Positions 24,654-37,540 of a DNA stretch of 64,000 bases are shown here, in pieces. The DNA is from Raja brachyura. Its lineage: Eukaryota. The stretch is taken from positions 68,014,001-68,078,000 of the forward strand of contig OY740789.1 of NCBI GenBank assembly GCA_963514005.1, given 5' to 3'. A program made the translations under genes and the position numbers. How positions within the stretch are numbered: position 1 is the stretch's first letter; every line of letters begins with the position of its first letter. The notes beneath the pieces are model-generated. The model ran no database searches. It was not told the DNA's origin and saw nothing but the letters and a program-made list of their open reading frames with translations.

Positions 24654-24736
24654 AACTTGACGTGCACAAACGGAAGATCAAATAGAACAAGTTGTCCAAC
24701 AACTTTAGGCTCTGCACGCCACATGAAAGAAGAAGG
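24601..24736 (+). mobile_element. Short retroposon headed by an HDV-like ribozyme, copy 1
   Basis: TSD aggtccctggc at 24590-24600 and 24737-24747; (GAA)n tail; near-identical inverted copy at 26053-26199. Confidence 0.88.
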
Positions 24737-26052
24737 AGGTCCCTGGCCACTGGCACTGTTCCAACCTGCTTCAAGCGCGCGGTGGTCCAGCCCCTCCAGA
24801 AAAAATCTAACCTAGACCCCCACCTTGCCTTGCAACTACAGACCTATTTCCAAACTGCCTTTCCTTTCAAAGGTCCTTGAAAAGGTAATTCTATATCAAC
24901 TAATGCCTCACCTACACCAAAATACCATCCTGGAAAGTTTCCAATTAGGGTTCAGGGCCCACCAGAACACAGAGCCTGCCCCGTTGAAGGTACATAACGA
25001 CCTGCTTCTCGCCATTGACGCCGGCGACTGCTACTTCTCGACAAACATGGGCAACTCTTTCTCTTCCCCAGCTAGCCTTTGCTGAGGGGTTCCACAAGGT
25101 TCCACCCTTGGCCCCATTCTCTTCTCTTTGTATATGCTCCCCTTAGGCCAAGTCATTCAAAGGCACGGCATTTCCTTCCACTGCTATGCAGACGATACAC
25201 AGCTCTATCTCCCCCTGAAACCCAACAACTGATCAAATCTACTCAGCCTTATGCACTGCCTTGAGGATATAAAGTGTTGGATGGCCCAGAACTTCCTCCA
25301 ATTAAACAAGAGCAAGTCTGAGGTCATCCTACTTGGCCGCTCGGACTCCATCAAAACGATAGCAGGCAGCCTTGGAAGCCTAACCTCCTTACTCAAACCT
25401 CACGTCAAAAACCTTTTTTGATATTTGACTCCGCATTGAAGTTTGACAAACAAGTCAATGCTGTGGTAAAAGCTAGCTTCCAGCTTTGCACGATAGCTAA
25501 AATCAAACCATTCATCCAAATCGACGACCTTGAAAAGATCATCCACACATTTATCTCCTCCAGCCTTGATTACTGCAATTCCATTTACACTTGCATCAGC
25601 CAATCATCCCTCTCCCGCCTGCAATTGGTCCAAAACGCCGCAGCGAGACTTCTGACAGGCACCCGAAAAAGGGTCCACATCACCCCGATTTTGGCCTCTC
25701 TCCACTGACTCCCAGTGTGGTTCAGAATCATTTTCAAGCTCCTCCTTTATGTATACAAAGCCCTTAATGGGCTTGCCCCCACGTACATCCAAAATCTGCT
25801 AACCCACCATTCTACCTCCAGCTGCCTCAAGTCGGCCAACTTGGGGCAACTGACTATTCCGCGGTCCAGGTATAAGCTTAGGGGCGACCACGCTTTTGCG
25901 GTTGCAGCACCTAGACTGTAGAACAGCATCCCTCTTCTCATCAGAACTGCCTCCTCCATCGACTCCTTTAAGTCTAGACTTAAAACTTATTTCTACTCAC
26001 AAGCGTTTCTTGAGGTCCTCTGAGAGAGCGCTGTATGTATTGTTCGATCTAT

Positions 26053-26199
26053 CTTCTCTTCTCCTTCTTCTTTCGTGTGGCGTGCACAGCCTAAAGTTGT
26101 TGGACAACTTGTTCTATTTGATCTTCCGTTTGTGCACGTCGAGTTGATTGCATTAGTCGAAACAGGGTGGCCCACGTGAAGGTTGCAATCTTCCACCCC
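26053..26199 (-). mobile_element. Short retroposon headed by an HDV-like ribozyme, copy 2
   Basis: TSD gttcgatctat at 26042-26052 and 26200-26210; (GAA)-rich tail. Confidence 0.88.
26146..26199 (-). ncRNA. Predicted minimal HDV-like self-cleaving ribozyme
   Basis: GGGGTGG-AA-GATTGCA-ACC-TTCACGT-GGG-CCACCCT-GTTTCGA-CTAA-TGCAATC; perfect P1 (with G1-U wobble) and P2, one P3 mismatch. Confidence 0.75.
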
Positions 26200-26221
26200 G
26201 TTCGATCTATGTACCACTGTA

Positions 26222-26836
26222 TTTCTACTGTAGTTGTACAGGGTCTTGGTGAGGCCACACCTGGAGTATTGCGTACAGTTTTGGTCTCCTAATCTGAGGA
26301 AAGACATTCTTGCCATAGAGGGAGTACAGAGAAGGTTCACCAGACTGATTCCTGGGATGGCAGGACTTCCATATGAAGAAAGACTGGATAGACTCGGCTT
26401 GTACTCGCTGGAATTTAGGAGATTGAAGGGGGATCTTATAGAGACTTACAAAATTCTTAATGGGTTGGACAGGCTAGATGCAGGAAGATTGTTCCCGATG
26501 TTGGGGAACTCCAGAACAAGGGGTCACAGTTTAAGGATAAGGGGGAAGTCTTTTAGGACCGAGATGAGAAGATCATTTTTCACACAGAGAGTGGTGAGTC
26601 TGGAATTCTCTGCCACCGAAGGTAGTTGAGGCCAGTTCATTGGCTCTATTTAAGAGGGAGTTAGATGTGGCCCTAGTGGCTAAAGGGATCAGGGGTATGG
26701 AGAGAAGGCAGGTACAGGATACTGATTTGGATGATCAGCCATGATCATATTGAATGGCAGTGCAGGCTCGAAGGGCCGAATGGCCTACCCATTTTCCGAA
26801 GGGCCGAATGGCCTACCCATTTTCTATAATTCTATG
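26222..26836 (+). mobile_element. Young CR1 LINE 3' end inserted in the L2 3' UTR
   Basis: LYRVLVRPHLEYCVQFWSP..SLEFRRLKGDLIETYKI..TRGH; 3' hairpin gaagggccgaatggcctacccatttt is duplicated. Confidence 0.9.
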
Positions 26837-27889
26837 TAAGTAGCACGTTAGTACCTGCACTGATTTAAAGCACTTAGGTCAACGAGAATTGTTTTAAATT
26901 GTGCTATAGAAATAAAATTGACTTGATATATTTAAATTGCAGAGCAAGTAAATACCAGTGAAATTAAACAATTTTATTTTTCATGGCAGAACCTCCTGAA
27001 TGAAGAAGAGAATACAGTGCCCTTAATGTTTGGGACAAACACCCATCGTTTATTTATTTGTCTCTGTACTCCACAATTTGAAATCCGTAATAGACAAAAT
27101 CACATGTGCATATTGTCAGATTTTAATAAAGGCCGTTTTTATACATTTTGGTTTCACCATGTAGAAATTACAGCAGTTTTACATAGTCCCCCCATTTCAA
27201 GGCACCATAATGTTTGGAACACAACAATGTCATGTAAATGAAAGTAGTCATGTTTAGTATTTTGTTGCATATCTTTTGCATGCAATGACTGCTTGAAGTC
27301 TGCGATTCATGGACATCACCAGTTGCTGGGTGTCTTCTCTGGTGATGCTCTGCAAGGCCTATATTGCAGCCATCTTTAGCTTATGCATGTTTCGGGGGCT
27401 AGTCCCCCTCAGTTTTTTCTTCAGCACTTAAAAGGCATGCTTAAATGGGATCAGATCGGGTGATTGACTTGGCCACTCAAGAAGTGACCTTTTATTAGCT
27501 TTGAAGAACTCCTTTGTTGCTTTAGCAGTATGTGTAGATTGGTTAGTGCATGTGCACCAATCAGAGTAATATTACGTAGTTACACCAGTGGTAGAGATGA
27601 ACTAACAACGTATTGTACTACACCACCATGACTGATGATTAAAGCTGACTTTGAAGACCAGACTGTGTCTGTACAGTTGTATACATGGGTATGGTTAACT
27701 CTCTGGGCAAGTTCATACCCAACCTCAGCGAACTTATCTCGCCGCTGAGACAGCTCACTCACTCGCACAGCAACACCAACAAGCATTCGACTCTTTAAAA
27801 CTTCAGCTGGCCACCGCGCCCACCTTGATGCATTTTGACCTCAAGCTGCCAGTCACCATCACCTGTGATGCCTCGCTATACGATTTACA

Positions 27890-30056
27890 AGAGGTCCAGA
27901 CCCCTTGTTCTGGACCTCCCCAACATCGGGAACAATCTTCCTGCATCTAGCCTGTCCAACCCCTTAAGAATTTCGTAAGTTTCTATAAGATCCCCCCTCA
28001 ATCTTCTAAATTCTAGCGAGTACAAGCCGAGTCTATCCAGTCTTTCCTCATATGAAAGTCCTGACATCCCAGGAATCAGTCTGGTTAACCTTCCCTGTAC
28101 CCCCTCTATGGCAAGAATGTATTTACTCAGATTAGGAGACCAAAATTGTACGCAATACTCCAGGTGTGGTCTCACCAAAACCCTGTACAACTGCAGTAGA
28201 ACCTCCCTGCTCCTGTACTCAAATCCTTTTGCTATGAATGCTAACATACCATTTGCTTTCTTCACTGCCTGCTGCACCTGCATGCCTACTTTCAATGACT
28301 GGTGTACCATGACACCTAGGTCTCGTTGCATCTCCCCTTTTCCTAATCGGCCACCATTCAGATAATAGTGTACTGTCCTGTTTTTGTCACAAAAGTGGAT
28401 AACCTCACATTTATCCACATTATACTGCATCTGCCATGCAATTGCCCACTCACCAAGCCTATCCAAGTCACCTTGCAGCCTCCTAGCATCCTCCTCACAC
28501 CTAACACTGCCCCCCAGCTTCGTGTCATCCGCAAAGTTGGAGATTTTGCATTCAATTTCCTCGTCCAAATCATTAATATGTATTGTAAATAGCTGGGGTT
28601 CCCAGCACTGAGCCTTGCGGTACCCCACTAGTCACTGCCTGCCATTCTGAAAAGGACCCGTTTACTCCTACCCTTTGCTTCCTGACTGCCAGCCAGTTCT
28701 TTATCCACATCAATACTGAACCCCCAATACTGTGTGCTTTAAGTTTGTATACTAATCTCTTATGTGGGATCTTGTCGAAAGCCTTCTGAAAGTCCAGATA
28801 TAACACATCCACTGGTTCTCCCTTATCCACTCTGCTAGTTCCATCCTCGAAAAATTCTATAAGATTCGTCAGACATGATTTACTTTTCGTAAATCCATGC
28901 TGACTTTGTCCAATGATTTCACCACTTTCCAAATGTGCTGCTATCCCATCTTTAATAACTGACTCTAGCAGTTTCCCCGCTACCGATGTTAGACTTACTG
29001 GTCTGTAATTCCCCGTTTTCTCTTTCCCTCCTTTTTTAAAAAGTGGGGTTAACCTCCAATCCTACTCCAGAATCTAAAGAGTTTTGAAAAATTATCACTA
29101 ATGCATCCACTATTTCTGTGGCTACTTCCTTGAATACTCTGGGATGCAGCCTATCTGGCCCTGGGGGTTTATCGGCCTTTAATCCATTCAATTTACCCAA
29201 CACCACTTCATGGCTAACCTGGATTTCACTCAGTTCCTCCATCTTATTTGACCCTTGGTCCCCTGCTATTTCCAGCAGATTATTTATGTCTTCCTTAGTG
29301 AAGACAGAACCAAAGTAGTTATTCAATTTGTCTGCCATGTCCTTGTTCCCCTTGATCAATTCACTTGTTTCTGACTGCAAGGGACCTACATTTGTTTTAA
29401 CCAATCTTTTTCTCTTCACATCTCTATAAAAACTTTATAATTTCTTTCATAATCTATTTTCCCTTTCCTAATTAAGCCCTTTGTCCTCCTGCTGGACTCT
29501 CCCAATCCTCTGGTAGGTTGCTTTTTCTGGCTAATTTGTATGCTTCATCTTTTGTTTTGATGCTATCCCTGATTTCCCTTGTTATCCACGGATGCACTAC
29601 CTTCCCTGATTTATTCTTTTGCCAAACTGGGATGAACAATTGTTGTAGTTCATCCATGCTGTCTTTAATTACCTTCTATTGCACATCCACTGTCAATCCT
29701 TTAAGAATCAATTGCCAGTCTATCTTGGCCTTTTCTCGTCTCATTTCTTCAAAGTTACCTTTCTTTAAGTTCAGAACCCTTGTTTCTGAATTAATTATGT
29801 CGCTCTCCATCCTAATGAAGAACTCAACCATATTATGGTCACTCTTGCCCAATGGGCCACGCACAACAAGACTGTTAACTAACCCTTCCTCATTACTCAA
29901 TACCCAGTCTAGAATAGCCTGCTCTTTTGTTGGTTCCTCTACATGTTGATTTAGAAAACTATCCCGCATACATACCAAGAATTCCTCAGCATCCCTGCCA
30001 ATTTGATTCACCCGATCTATATGTAGATTGAAGTCACCCATTATAACTGTTTTACC
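27890..30056 (-). mobile_element. CR1 LINE ORF2 (endonuclease C-term + RT) nested in the LTR element
   Basis: MGDFNLHID, LGKSDHNMVEF, PGPDRLHPRV, YLDFQKAFD, SGVPQGSVLG, FADDTKLGG, RPHLEYCVQFW. Confidence 0.92.
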
Positions 30057-30594
30057 TCTGAAACATTTCCAGGGATGGTGTGCTGGGCTCTCCGGCTGAG
30101 TGGCTGATGTCTCGCACTACACGGCCCCAGCTCCTCATCGCCCAGCAACAGCTGAAGCCACAGGTGCTCAGATCAGCTGCGGTCCAGAAACGCGTTCAGG
30201 AGGAACACAATGTCCAGAAGCGCTCGTATGACAAGTCGAGCAGACCACTAAAACCGTTACTGCAAGGTCAAGTGGTTCGCCTGCAGTTCCAATCGACTGG
30301 GTTTCGTTGAGGGGCCAGCCAAGGATCCTCGTTCCTACCTTGTCAACGTTGATGGTGTTCTGTATCGGCGCAGCCGTCAACATCTTCTGCCTGTGAACGA
30401 ACCGCGACCATCTCCTCCTGGTCCTTGCGCACCGCCGTTGGTTTTCAAGACACCTGCTGCTGTTGTCCGTCCCAGACCCCCTGACCCCAGCATGTGTTCC
30501 CCGTGTCGTTCGGTTCCCTCATCCCACAGTGCCCCTAGTCCTGCATGCTCGCCCTGCCGCTCCTCTCCAGGCTCCCCGGCTGCGTTCTCCTCAT

Positions 30595-32605
30595 AAAAAC
30601 TTTATTCATCTTTGTTCCAAGCCAAGTTAAGTCAAGTTTATTCGTCACATACACATACGAGATGCGCAATGAAATTAAAAGTGGCAATGCTCGTGGACTT
30701 TGTGCAAAAACAAACAAACTACCAACAGAATGGAACAGAATCACATATTCTGGCCAGCCTCTCAAAGTATTTCATGACTACCGAGGTGAGGGCCACTGGA
30801 CGGTAGTCATTCAGACAGGCTGGGAGGCATTTTTAGGTATCGGTACAATTATGGATTTTTGAAGCGGGCAGGGACCACGGACTTGGCCAGGGAGAGGTTG
30901 AATATTGTAGTGAGCACCGGAGCTAGCCAACGGGGCCTGCAGCTTTCCTCGTGTTCACCTGTGTCAGAGTCCTCCTCGCGTCGTGCTTGGGCAACGAGAA
31001 TGTGTGTACATTCCTCCCTTCAGCTTCGATAGTCAGCCCGCTGGCGGTATTGCCGTTGGTCGGCAGACCTGGGGTGGTTTCCCGTCTCGAAACGAGCGTA
31101 AAAGGAGTTCAGGTCATCGGCTAGGGAGATGCCGCCACTTGTGGATGAGGGGGAGTTGTCCGGTAGTTGGTTACAGTCTGTAGCCCCTGCCACAGGTGTC
31201 TGGTGTCCTGCTGTTCCATCTGTGACTCTATCTGGTCGCTGTACCTCCTTTTTGCGTCCTTCACCGCCCTTCGCAGTAGGTAGGACTCTACCTTGTAGAC
31301 GTCCATGTTTCCGGAAGCCAGGCCCGAGTTGTAGGCAGCGTTGCGAGCATTCAAGGCAACACGAACGGACCTGTCCACCCAGGGCTTTTGATTCGGAAAG
31401 GTGCTTATCCTTACCATGGGGATGATGTTGTCAGTTATTGTTGCGATGAAGTCCGTGACTGCTTCCCTGAACTCACTGACGTTACTGGAACTTGCTTGGA
31501 ACATATTCCAGTTGACATCTGTCAGTGCATCTTGCAGCACGGCCTCTGACTAGTCGTCCACCGCTTTACGTCCCTCCTCGCTGCCGCTTCCCGAGCTATC
31601 CTCTGTTTATACTCCGGCAGCAGGAAAATGGCAGCGTGGGCAGATATTTTCCTAGGGGAGGGAGTGAAACGGCCTTGTAGCCCTTCCGGAACGGTGTATA
31701 GCAGTGGTCCAATGTTCTTTCCCCCCGGTGGCACACGTGATGTGTTGGTAGAAGTTCGGCATGACCTTCTTGAGATTTGATTTATTAAAATCTCCAGCCA
31801 CCACCATAGCCACATCCGGGTTCTTGTTTTGATGTCGACATAGCACATCGTGTAGGGCCGATAGTGCCACGTCGGTGTCCACCTGCCGTGGAATGTAGAC
31901 GGCTGTGGCAATCACTGAGCCGAACTCCCGGGGAAGGTAGAATGGGCGGCATGAGATCATCAGGTGCTCCAGGTCTGGCGAGCAAGAACGGGAAAGCATC
32001 TTGATATTTCCAGGGTTGCACCAGTCATGAAGCAGATTCCTCCACCCTTGGATTTCCCAGATACTTCTGTTCTGTCAGCATGGTGGACAGTGAAGGACTC
32101 TGTTGGGGAGATTACCTGATCCGGAATCAGCGAGGTCAGCCATGTTTCGGTCAGGCAGAGGATGTTGCAGTCCCTTATGTCCTGCTGGAATCTGACCCTC
32201 GCCCTGAGGTCATCCAGCATGTTTTCCAGGGACTGGACGTTCGCCAGAAGAATGCTGGGCAGAGGAGGACGAAAGGCTTGGGCTCTCAGCCTATTCCGAA
32301 TCTCCCCCCCCCCCCCCCCCCCCCCCCCGGCTTACCCCGATGTTTCTCTGGGTTTTCCTTGTAGCCATGCTCCCATTGTTGTTCTCTGTTGATCTCTGCT
32401 GGCCACGCTGGATTGGTAAGTTCAGCGTTTAAAAAGTCTCTGTTTACGCTAGAGTTTAGATTTAAGAGGATTTCCCTACCATACTTCGTTAGTTCTAGGG
32501 AGTTAGAGCTTAGAAATAAGTTAAAAAGGAACACGAAAGTTAAAAATACGCACAGTTTTCGCGGAGCTGCCACAACGGCGACTGGACAGGGCTGCGCTAT
32601 CTTTG
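30595..32605 (-). mobile_element. Rex1/Babar LINE with intact-looking 5' end and endonuclease, most of RT deleted
   Basis: ILCLTETWL, KSKGGGICF, CRPFYLPREFG, AGDFNKSNL, NQKPW, NDYRPVALTSVVMKYFERL joined directly to 3' UTR with AATAAA(CTTGA)n tail. Confidence 0.88.
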
Positions 32606-34352
32606 AACCTTCTTTGGTTCTCCACCATCCAGCCCTACTAACTTTTCTGGAATGGAGGAGGAAGCGTTTGGCCGTACGCGTTCAGGTCGGGTTAACAGAC
32701 CACCCAACAGGTACAGTGAGTATGTTTAACCGCATGTGTTTTAACAACTTTAACAACTCTTTTCTCTATGGGGAAGGATGTAGATTGGTTAATGCATGTG
32801 CACCAATCAGAGTAATGCACTAACACTAGCTCCACCTTACTGTACACTTTATATTGACACTCACTTCCCATATTATGTAGTTACACTGGTGGTAGAGATG
32901 AACTAACAACGTATTGTACTGCACCACCATGACTGATTACACCATCTTTGAACACCAGACTGTGTCTGTACAGTTGTTTATAGTATGTCTTGCTATAGAA
33001 ACCAACAGCCAATGAGTTTTGAGGCATTTGTTTGAACTTGAGCAGATAGGATGTGTCCATATACTTCAGAATTCGTTACGCTACTACCATCAGCAGTCGT
33101 ATCATCAATGAAGATAAGTGAGCCAGTATCTTCAGCAGCCATACATGCCCAGGCCAGAACACTCCCACCACCGCGTTTCATAGATGAGTGGGCATGCTTT
33201 GGATCTTTGGCAGTTCCTTCTCTCCTCCATACTTTGCTCTTGCCATCACTCTGAAATAAGTTAATCTTTGTCTCATCTGTCCACAAGACCTTTTTCCAGA
33301 ACTGTGGTTGCTCTTTTAAGCACTTCTTGGTAAACTGTAACCTGGCCATCCTAGTTTGCATCTTGCGGTGTAGCCTCTATAATTCAGTTCATGAAGTTTT
33401 CTGTGTACACTGGTCATTGACAAATCCATACCTGACTCCTTAAGAGTGTTTCTGATCTGTCGGACAGGTGTTTGGGGATTTTTCTTTATTATAGAGAGAA
33501 TTCTTCTGTCATCAGCTGTGGAGGTCTTCCTTGGTCTGCCAGTCCCTTTGCGATTAGTAAGCTCACCAGTGCTCCCTTTCTTCTTGATGATGTTCCAAAC
33601 AGTTGATTCTGTTAAGCCTAAGGTTTGCTGATGTCTCTAACATTTTATTTGTGTTTCTCAGTTTCATAATGGCTTCTTTGACTTTCATTGGCACAACTTT
33701 GGTCCTCACGTCGATAAATAGCAATAACAGTTTGATGGAAAGACTAGGTGCTGAGAGCTCTCTTATACCTGCGTTAAGGAGGCATTTAAACACACCTGAG
33801 CAATTACAAACACCTGTGAAACCATGTGTCCCAAACATATGGTGCCCTGAAATGGGGGACTATGTATAAACACAGCTGTTATTTCTACATGGTGAAACCG
33901 AAATGTATAAAAATGGCCTTTAATGTGACATCTGACAATGTGCACTTGAACCACATGTGTTTTTTTTTGTTACAAATCTCAAATTGTGGAGTACAGAGGC
34001 AAATAAATAAATGACTGGTCTTTGTCCCAACCATTATGGAGGGCATGATAAATTCTCAATACTACAGAAAGTTTTTCAATGATCGGAAGAAGGTAGTTAA
34101 TGTTACCATACTATTTAGGGCACGTGGGGGAGGAGTGTCTGTAAAGAGGAGTACAAATGGGGAAACATTCCATTTAATTCTGTTTGGAAAATGCTCATCT
34201 ATTCAAAAAATATGAGAACAGAACATTTATAAGATAATTTAAGGATTGGATAAATTCAACATGCTGAAAGGGAAACAATTTTTTTTATGCAAGTATCTTC
34301 ATTTTCCAGCTACCATAATGGATTATGTGTATACAGTGCGTTTGGATGTTCA

Positions 34353-35480
34353 TGTTAAACTGAGTTATTTTGTCAATCTAAAGTCAGCTTGACTCAAACA
34401 CTTGTAGCTGTTGAAATCGATTATTTATTCAGCTGAGACTAGTCTCTGCACCTTCCAACACAGAGCTGATGCTCTGGGGCGGGTCCAGAGAGGAGTAACA
34501 TTGATAGAACTCGTGTCATTTATTTTGGTATTGGACATTTCAGATACAGAGGGTATGACAAGCTAGTAACCAATCATCTGAGTCCTTCTGTCACATGATC
34601 CCCCTTCCCTGGCCTCAACCTTCTTTTGCCTGTGGTATAACTTTGCTTTAGAATTATTTTTTTTCAACACAGCAAAAGCCCAGTAGGCTCAATTATCAAA
34701 GACCATTCCACCAAATATAAGGTACCTATGTAATACAATGATCACACAAGTCATACACACTTCCCACACCAAGAAGAAAGATATTTCTATAAATCTAAAC
34801 AATTTCTATGTCTAATGTTTACATTCCTACTAAGACAATACATTTCATAAATTGTTTCACTACAACGTTACACATTTTACTGTTAAACTGAGTTCTTTTT
34901 GTCAGTCCAATTCAAGAAAACTTGATTCAAACTCTTGTTGTTGAAATCGATTCTTTATTCTAACAGCGCTGGATAATTCTTTAAACCTTCCAACACAGAG
35001 TTTAAAACTCTGGAGCAGGTTGAAAGAACTACTGACTTTGGTATAAACGTAACACATCATATAGGTAATAGACAATTATAATACAAAAGGAGTGGCAAAC
35101 TATTAACCAATCATTATGGTTTACCATACATTTAACTTATTTGCATTAACCAATCAACTAAACCCATTTTCCATTGATTGACAACATGTCTAGTCACATG
35201 GTTTTCCCTTTTCCAGCCCCTTTACAACTTTTTCCCCTCTGGTTTTTTTTACAACCTCTCTGCTCAAAATCATTTTATTTCAATTAAGTAAAACCACAGA
35301 TATAAAACTAATTCTCAGAACATCTCTCAGAATAAACACATCATAAAGCAATCACACAATACATACACACAATACATATATTTTCACTTTTGGAAAAGAA
35401 AGTTATTTGTAAAACGTCATATTTAACCATACTTACAACCCTAATTAAGCACAAATAATTTCCTTTCAACTACATAGTTA
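34353..35480 (-). repeat. Two diverged tandem LTR-like units (~528-bp period), possibly ERV solo LTRs
   Basis: Units start tgttaaactgagtt at 34353 and 34881; the minus strand shows AATAAA then ...gtttaaCA end. Confidence 0.5.
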
Positions 35481-37289
35481 AACTACAGTTACTTATGGAT
35501 TGCAAAGATTAAATATGAGTGTTGCCCCATTCTTACAAAGTGGTAAGAACTCAAGTAATTTCTAATCACACCATTCCCAACTCTAAGCACACAAAGACCA
35601 TATACTTGTCGCATGTGATACATTATAGTGGCCTTTTACCAAGCTCAGGTCAAGTTTCATTCTGAATTAGCCTCCCCCTTGGTCATCTCTGGAGGAAAGG
35701 AATGTAGGCCTCTTTACAACTTCTTACTGATAGCATTCCACACAGCAATTTGAAGATTACTATATGCAGACCCCAATCGTTCAGGCTTAGATCAAAACAG
35801 AATTACTTTCTCCGTTTTCTATAAACATAAGAAATCTCCCTTATACAAAGGTCACACAACCATCACCTATGCCTCATCTCTTATCCCAACAAAAATACTT
35901 TAAAACTGCACAAACCAAATCACAGACTCTATTATCTAGCCTTGGTGCCTGCAACCCAACATAGACAACCATAAATCCCCTTCATGACACAGCCGAGCTC
36001 AGAGATGTGTCATAAATGATGAATAAATGGTGCCCATGTCCTGGAAGAGACCCCATTACTCTGAACACTATCCTAAACCAAATACAACTTCTGACAGTTA
36101 TAGCCGCTCAAAAGCAAGCAAAGCTATTCCCATTTACATCAACCTCTCCATGTTATATCAAGCCATCTGTCCTGTGTGTGTGTGTTTTCTTTATTCCGTT
36201 ATGTCCTATGTATTTTGAAAACCTCTGCTCCCAGGCCTTCTCCTGCAAGTCAACATAAGTTTCTCACATATTATAATGTGAGCAATTTTATTTTATAATA
36301 TTTCCTCATTACAATACTATTACATATGTATTTAAAACATTCATTATATGAGTTTGCTGAATTATAGTTTCTAAGTTCAAAACATTCAATCTCCCAACCA
36401 AGCATACATGGGTCGTAAATATGTCATCTTAGTTAATAAGTGTTTGGTGCCAGGACACAACTCAATTCTAATCTGTAGCCCCTTTTACAAAACAAAGCGT
36501 AAATTCACAACTCAGAATTACATCTGCTTCTTCCACTTTAACATAGGAATATCACATATCCATCAATCTAATTATTTTCCTCTCCATTTCCTCTCACAAC
36601 TACTCCCCTTCATATACATCCTACCCCTATCTCAATCTCATTATAATTTAACATAGCCAAGGCTAACTACAGGGTCTATTATATCTCAGCCTTGAATTCT
36701 GTCTCCAACTCAGCATAAACCTCACAGCTTAAGAATGTGCCATGGAGGCCCCTCTGGTTAATGAACAGATATCCCAGATTAGGAAGAATTTGGGGTGTCG
36801 CAGATAACTGCTCGAACCTGAGCAGTTTACAATCTACATTAATGCTTTGAATGAAGAGATCAAGTGTAATAGATCCAAGTTTGCTGAGGCAAAGCTGGCT
36901 GTAGATGGGTTAAGTGATGGGACAAAGTGACAAATGAAATGCCATTTATAAAAATACATAGTTGTTGTATCAACGATGGAATATCACAGTTATCAAGGTG
37001 TTGTGAGGTACGCGTCCTTGTACCTGAAATCAACATGCAGATTGTAAGTAGTTTCACGTTCACAGATATATTGACTTTTATTGTAAAATAATTTGAGTAT
37101 TAAATGGAGCATGCCATACTCCAGCTATATCGGTGAGACTGCAGTTTTTCTTTACTTTGTTGATCAGGGTTTCTTTTTCTTGATCAGGGTTTGAGTGCTT
37201 TAACCCATGTTTTAATCATGCAATTTGGAACTGGAATTAGAAGGCATTTCAGAGTGACATACTAAATTGGATTTTCATCAAGCAGAGGT

Positions 37290-37540
37290 TTTAGTTTTTT
37301 GTTTTAGGGATACTGCAGTGCGGAAACAGGCCCTTCGGCTCACCGAGTCCGCACCGACCAGTGAGCTTCGTACATTAACACATTAACTACCCGACACACA
37401 CTGGATAATTCTACACGTTACATTTATACCAAGCCAATTTGCCTACAATCCTGTATGTCTTTGTATTGTGGGAGGAAACCGAAGATCTCGGAGAAAACTC
37501 ACGGGGAGAACGTATGAACTCCGTGCAGACAAGCACCCAT
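37290..37540 (-). mobile_element. V-SINE (HE1-like), 5' truncated
   Basis: ggaaacaggcccttcgg tail; gtgggaggaaaccg..cacggggagaacg V-domain. Confidence 0.8.

Larger units (their letters stand above)
23870..26930 (+). mobile_element. L2-clade LINE (RT and 3' end) carrying several younger insertions
   Basis: [65 protein letters not shown]; tail aaataaaattgacttga at ~26910. Confidence 0.88.
27533..32982 (+). mobile_element. Gypsy LTR element (same family as 12322-16424), heavily deleted, hosting two LINE insertions
   Basis: LTRs 27533-27685 and 32779-32982; TSD gtatg at 27528-27532 and 32983-32987; PPT ggggaagga; RNase H start (FDLKLPVTITCDAS) and integrase C-terminus. Confidence 0.9.
27015..34047 (-). 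mobile_element. Tc1-like (long-TIR, IR/DR-type) DNA transposon, interrupted by an LTR element
   Basis: TA|CAGTGCCC left end, ~220-bp inverted arms with inner repeat; transposase KVLWTDETKINLF, GGGSVLAWAC, then after the insertion HTAKATKEFF..WPSQSPDL. Confidence 0.9.
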
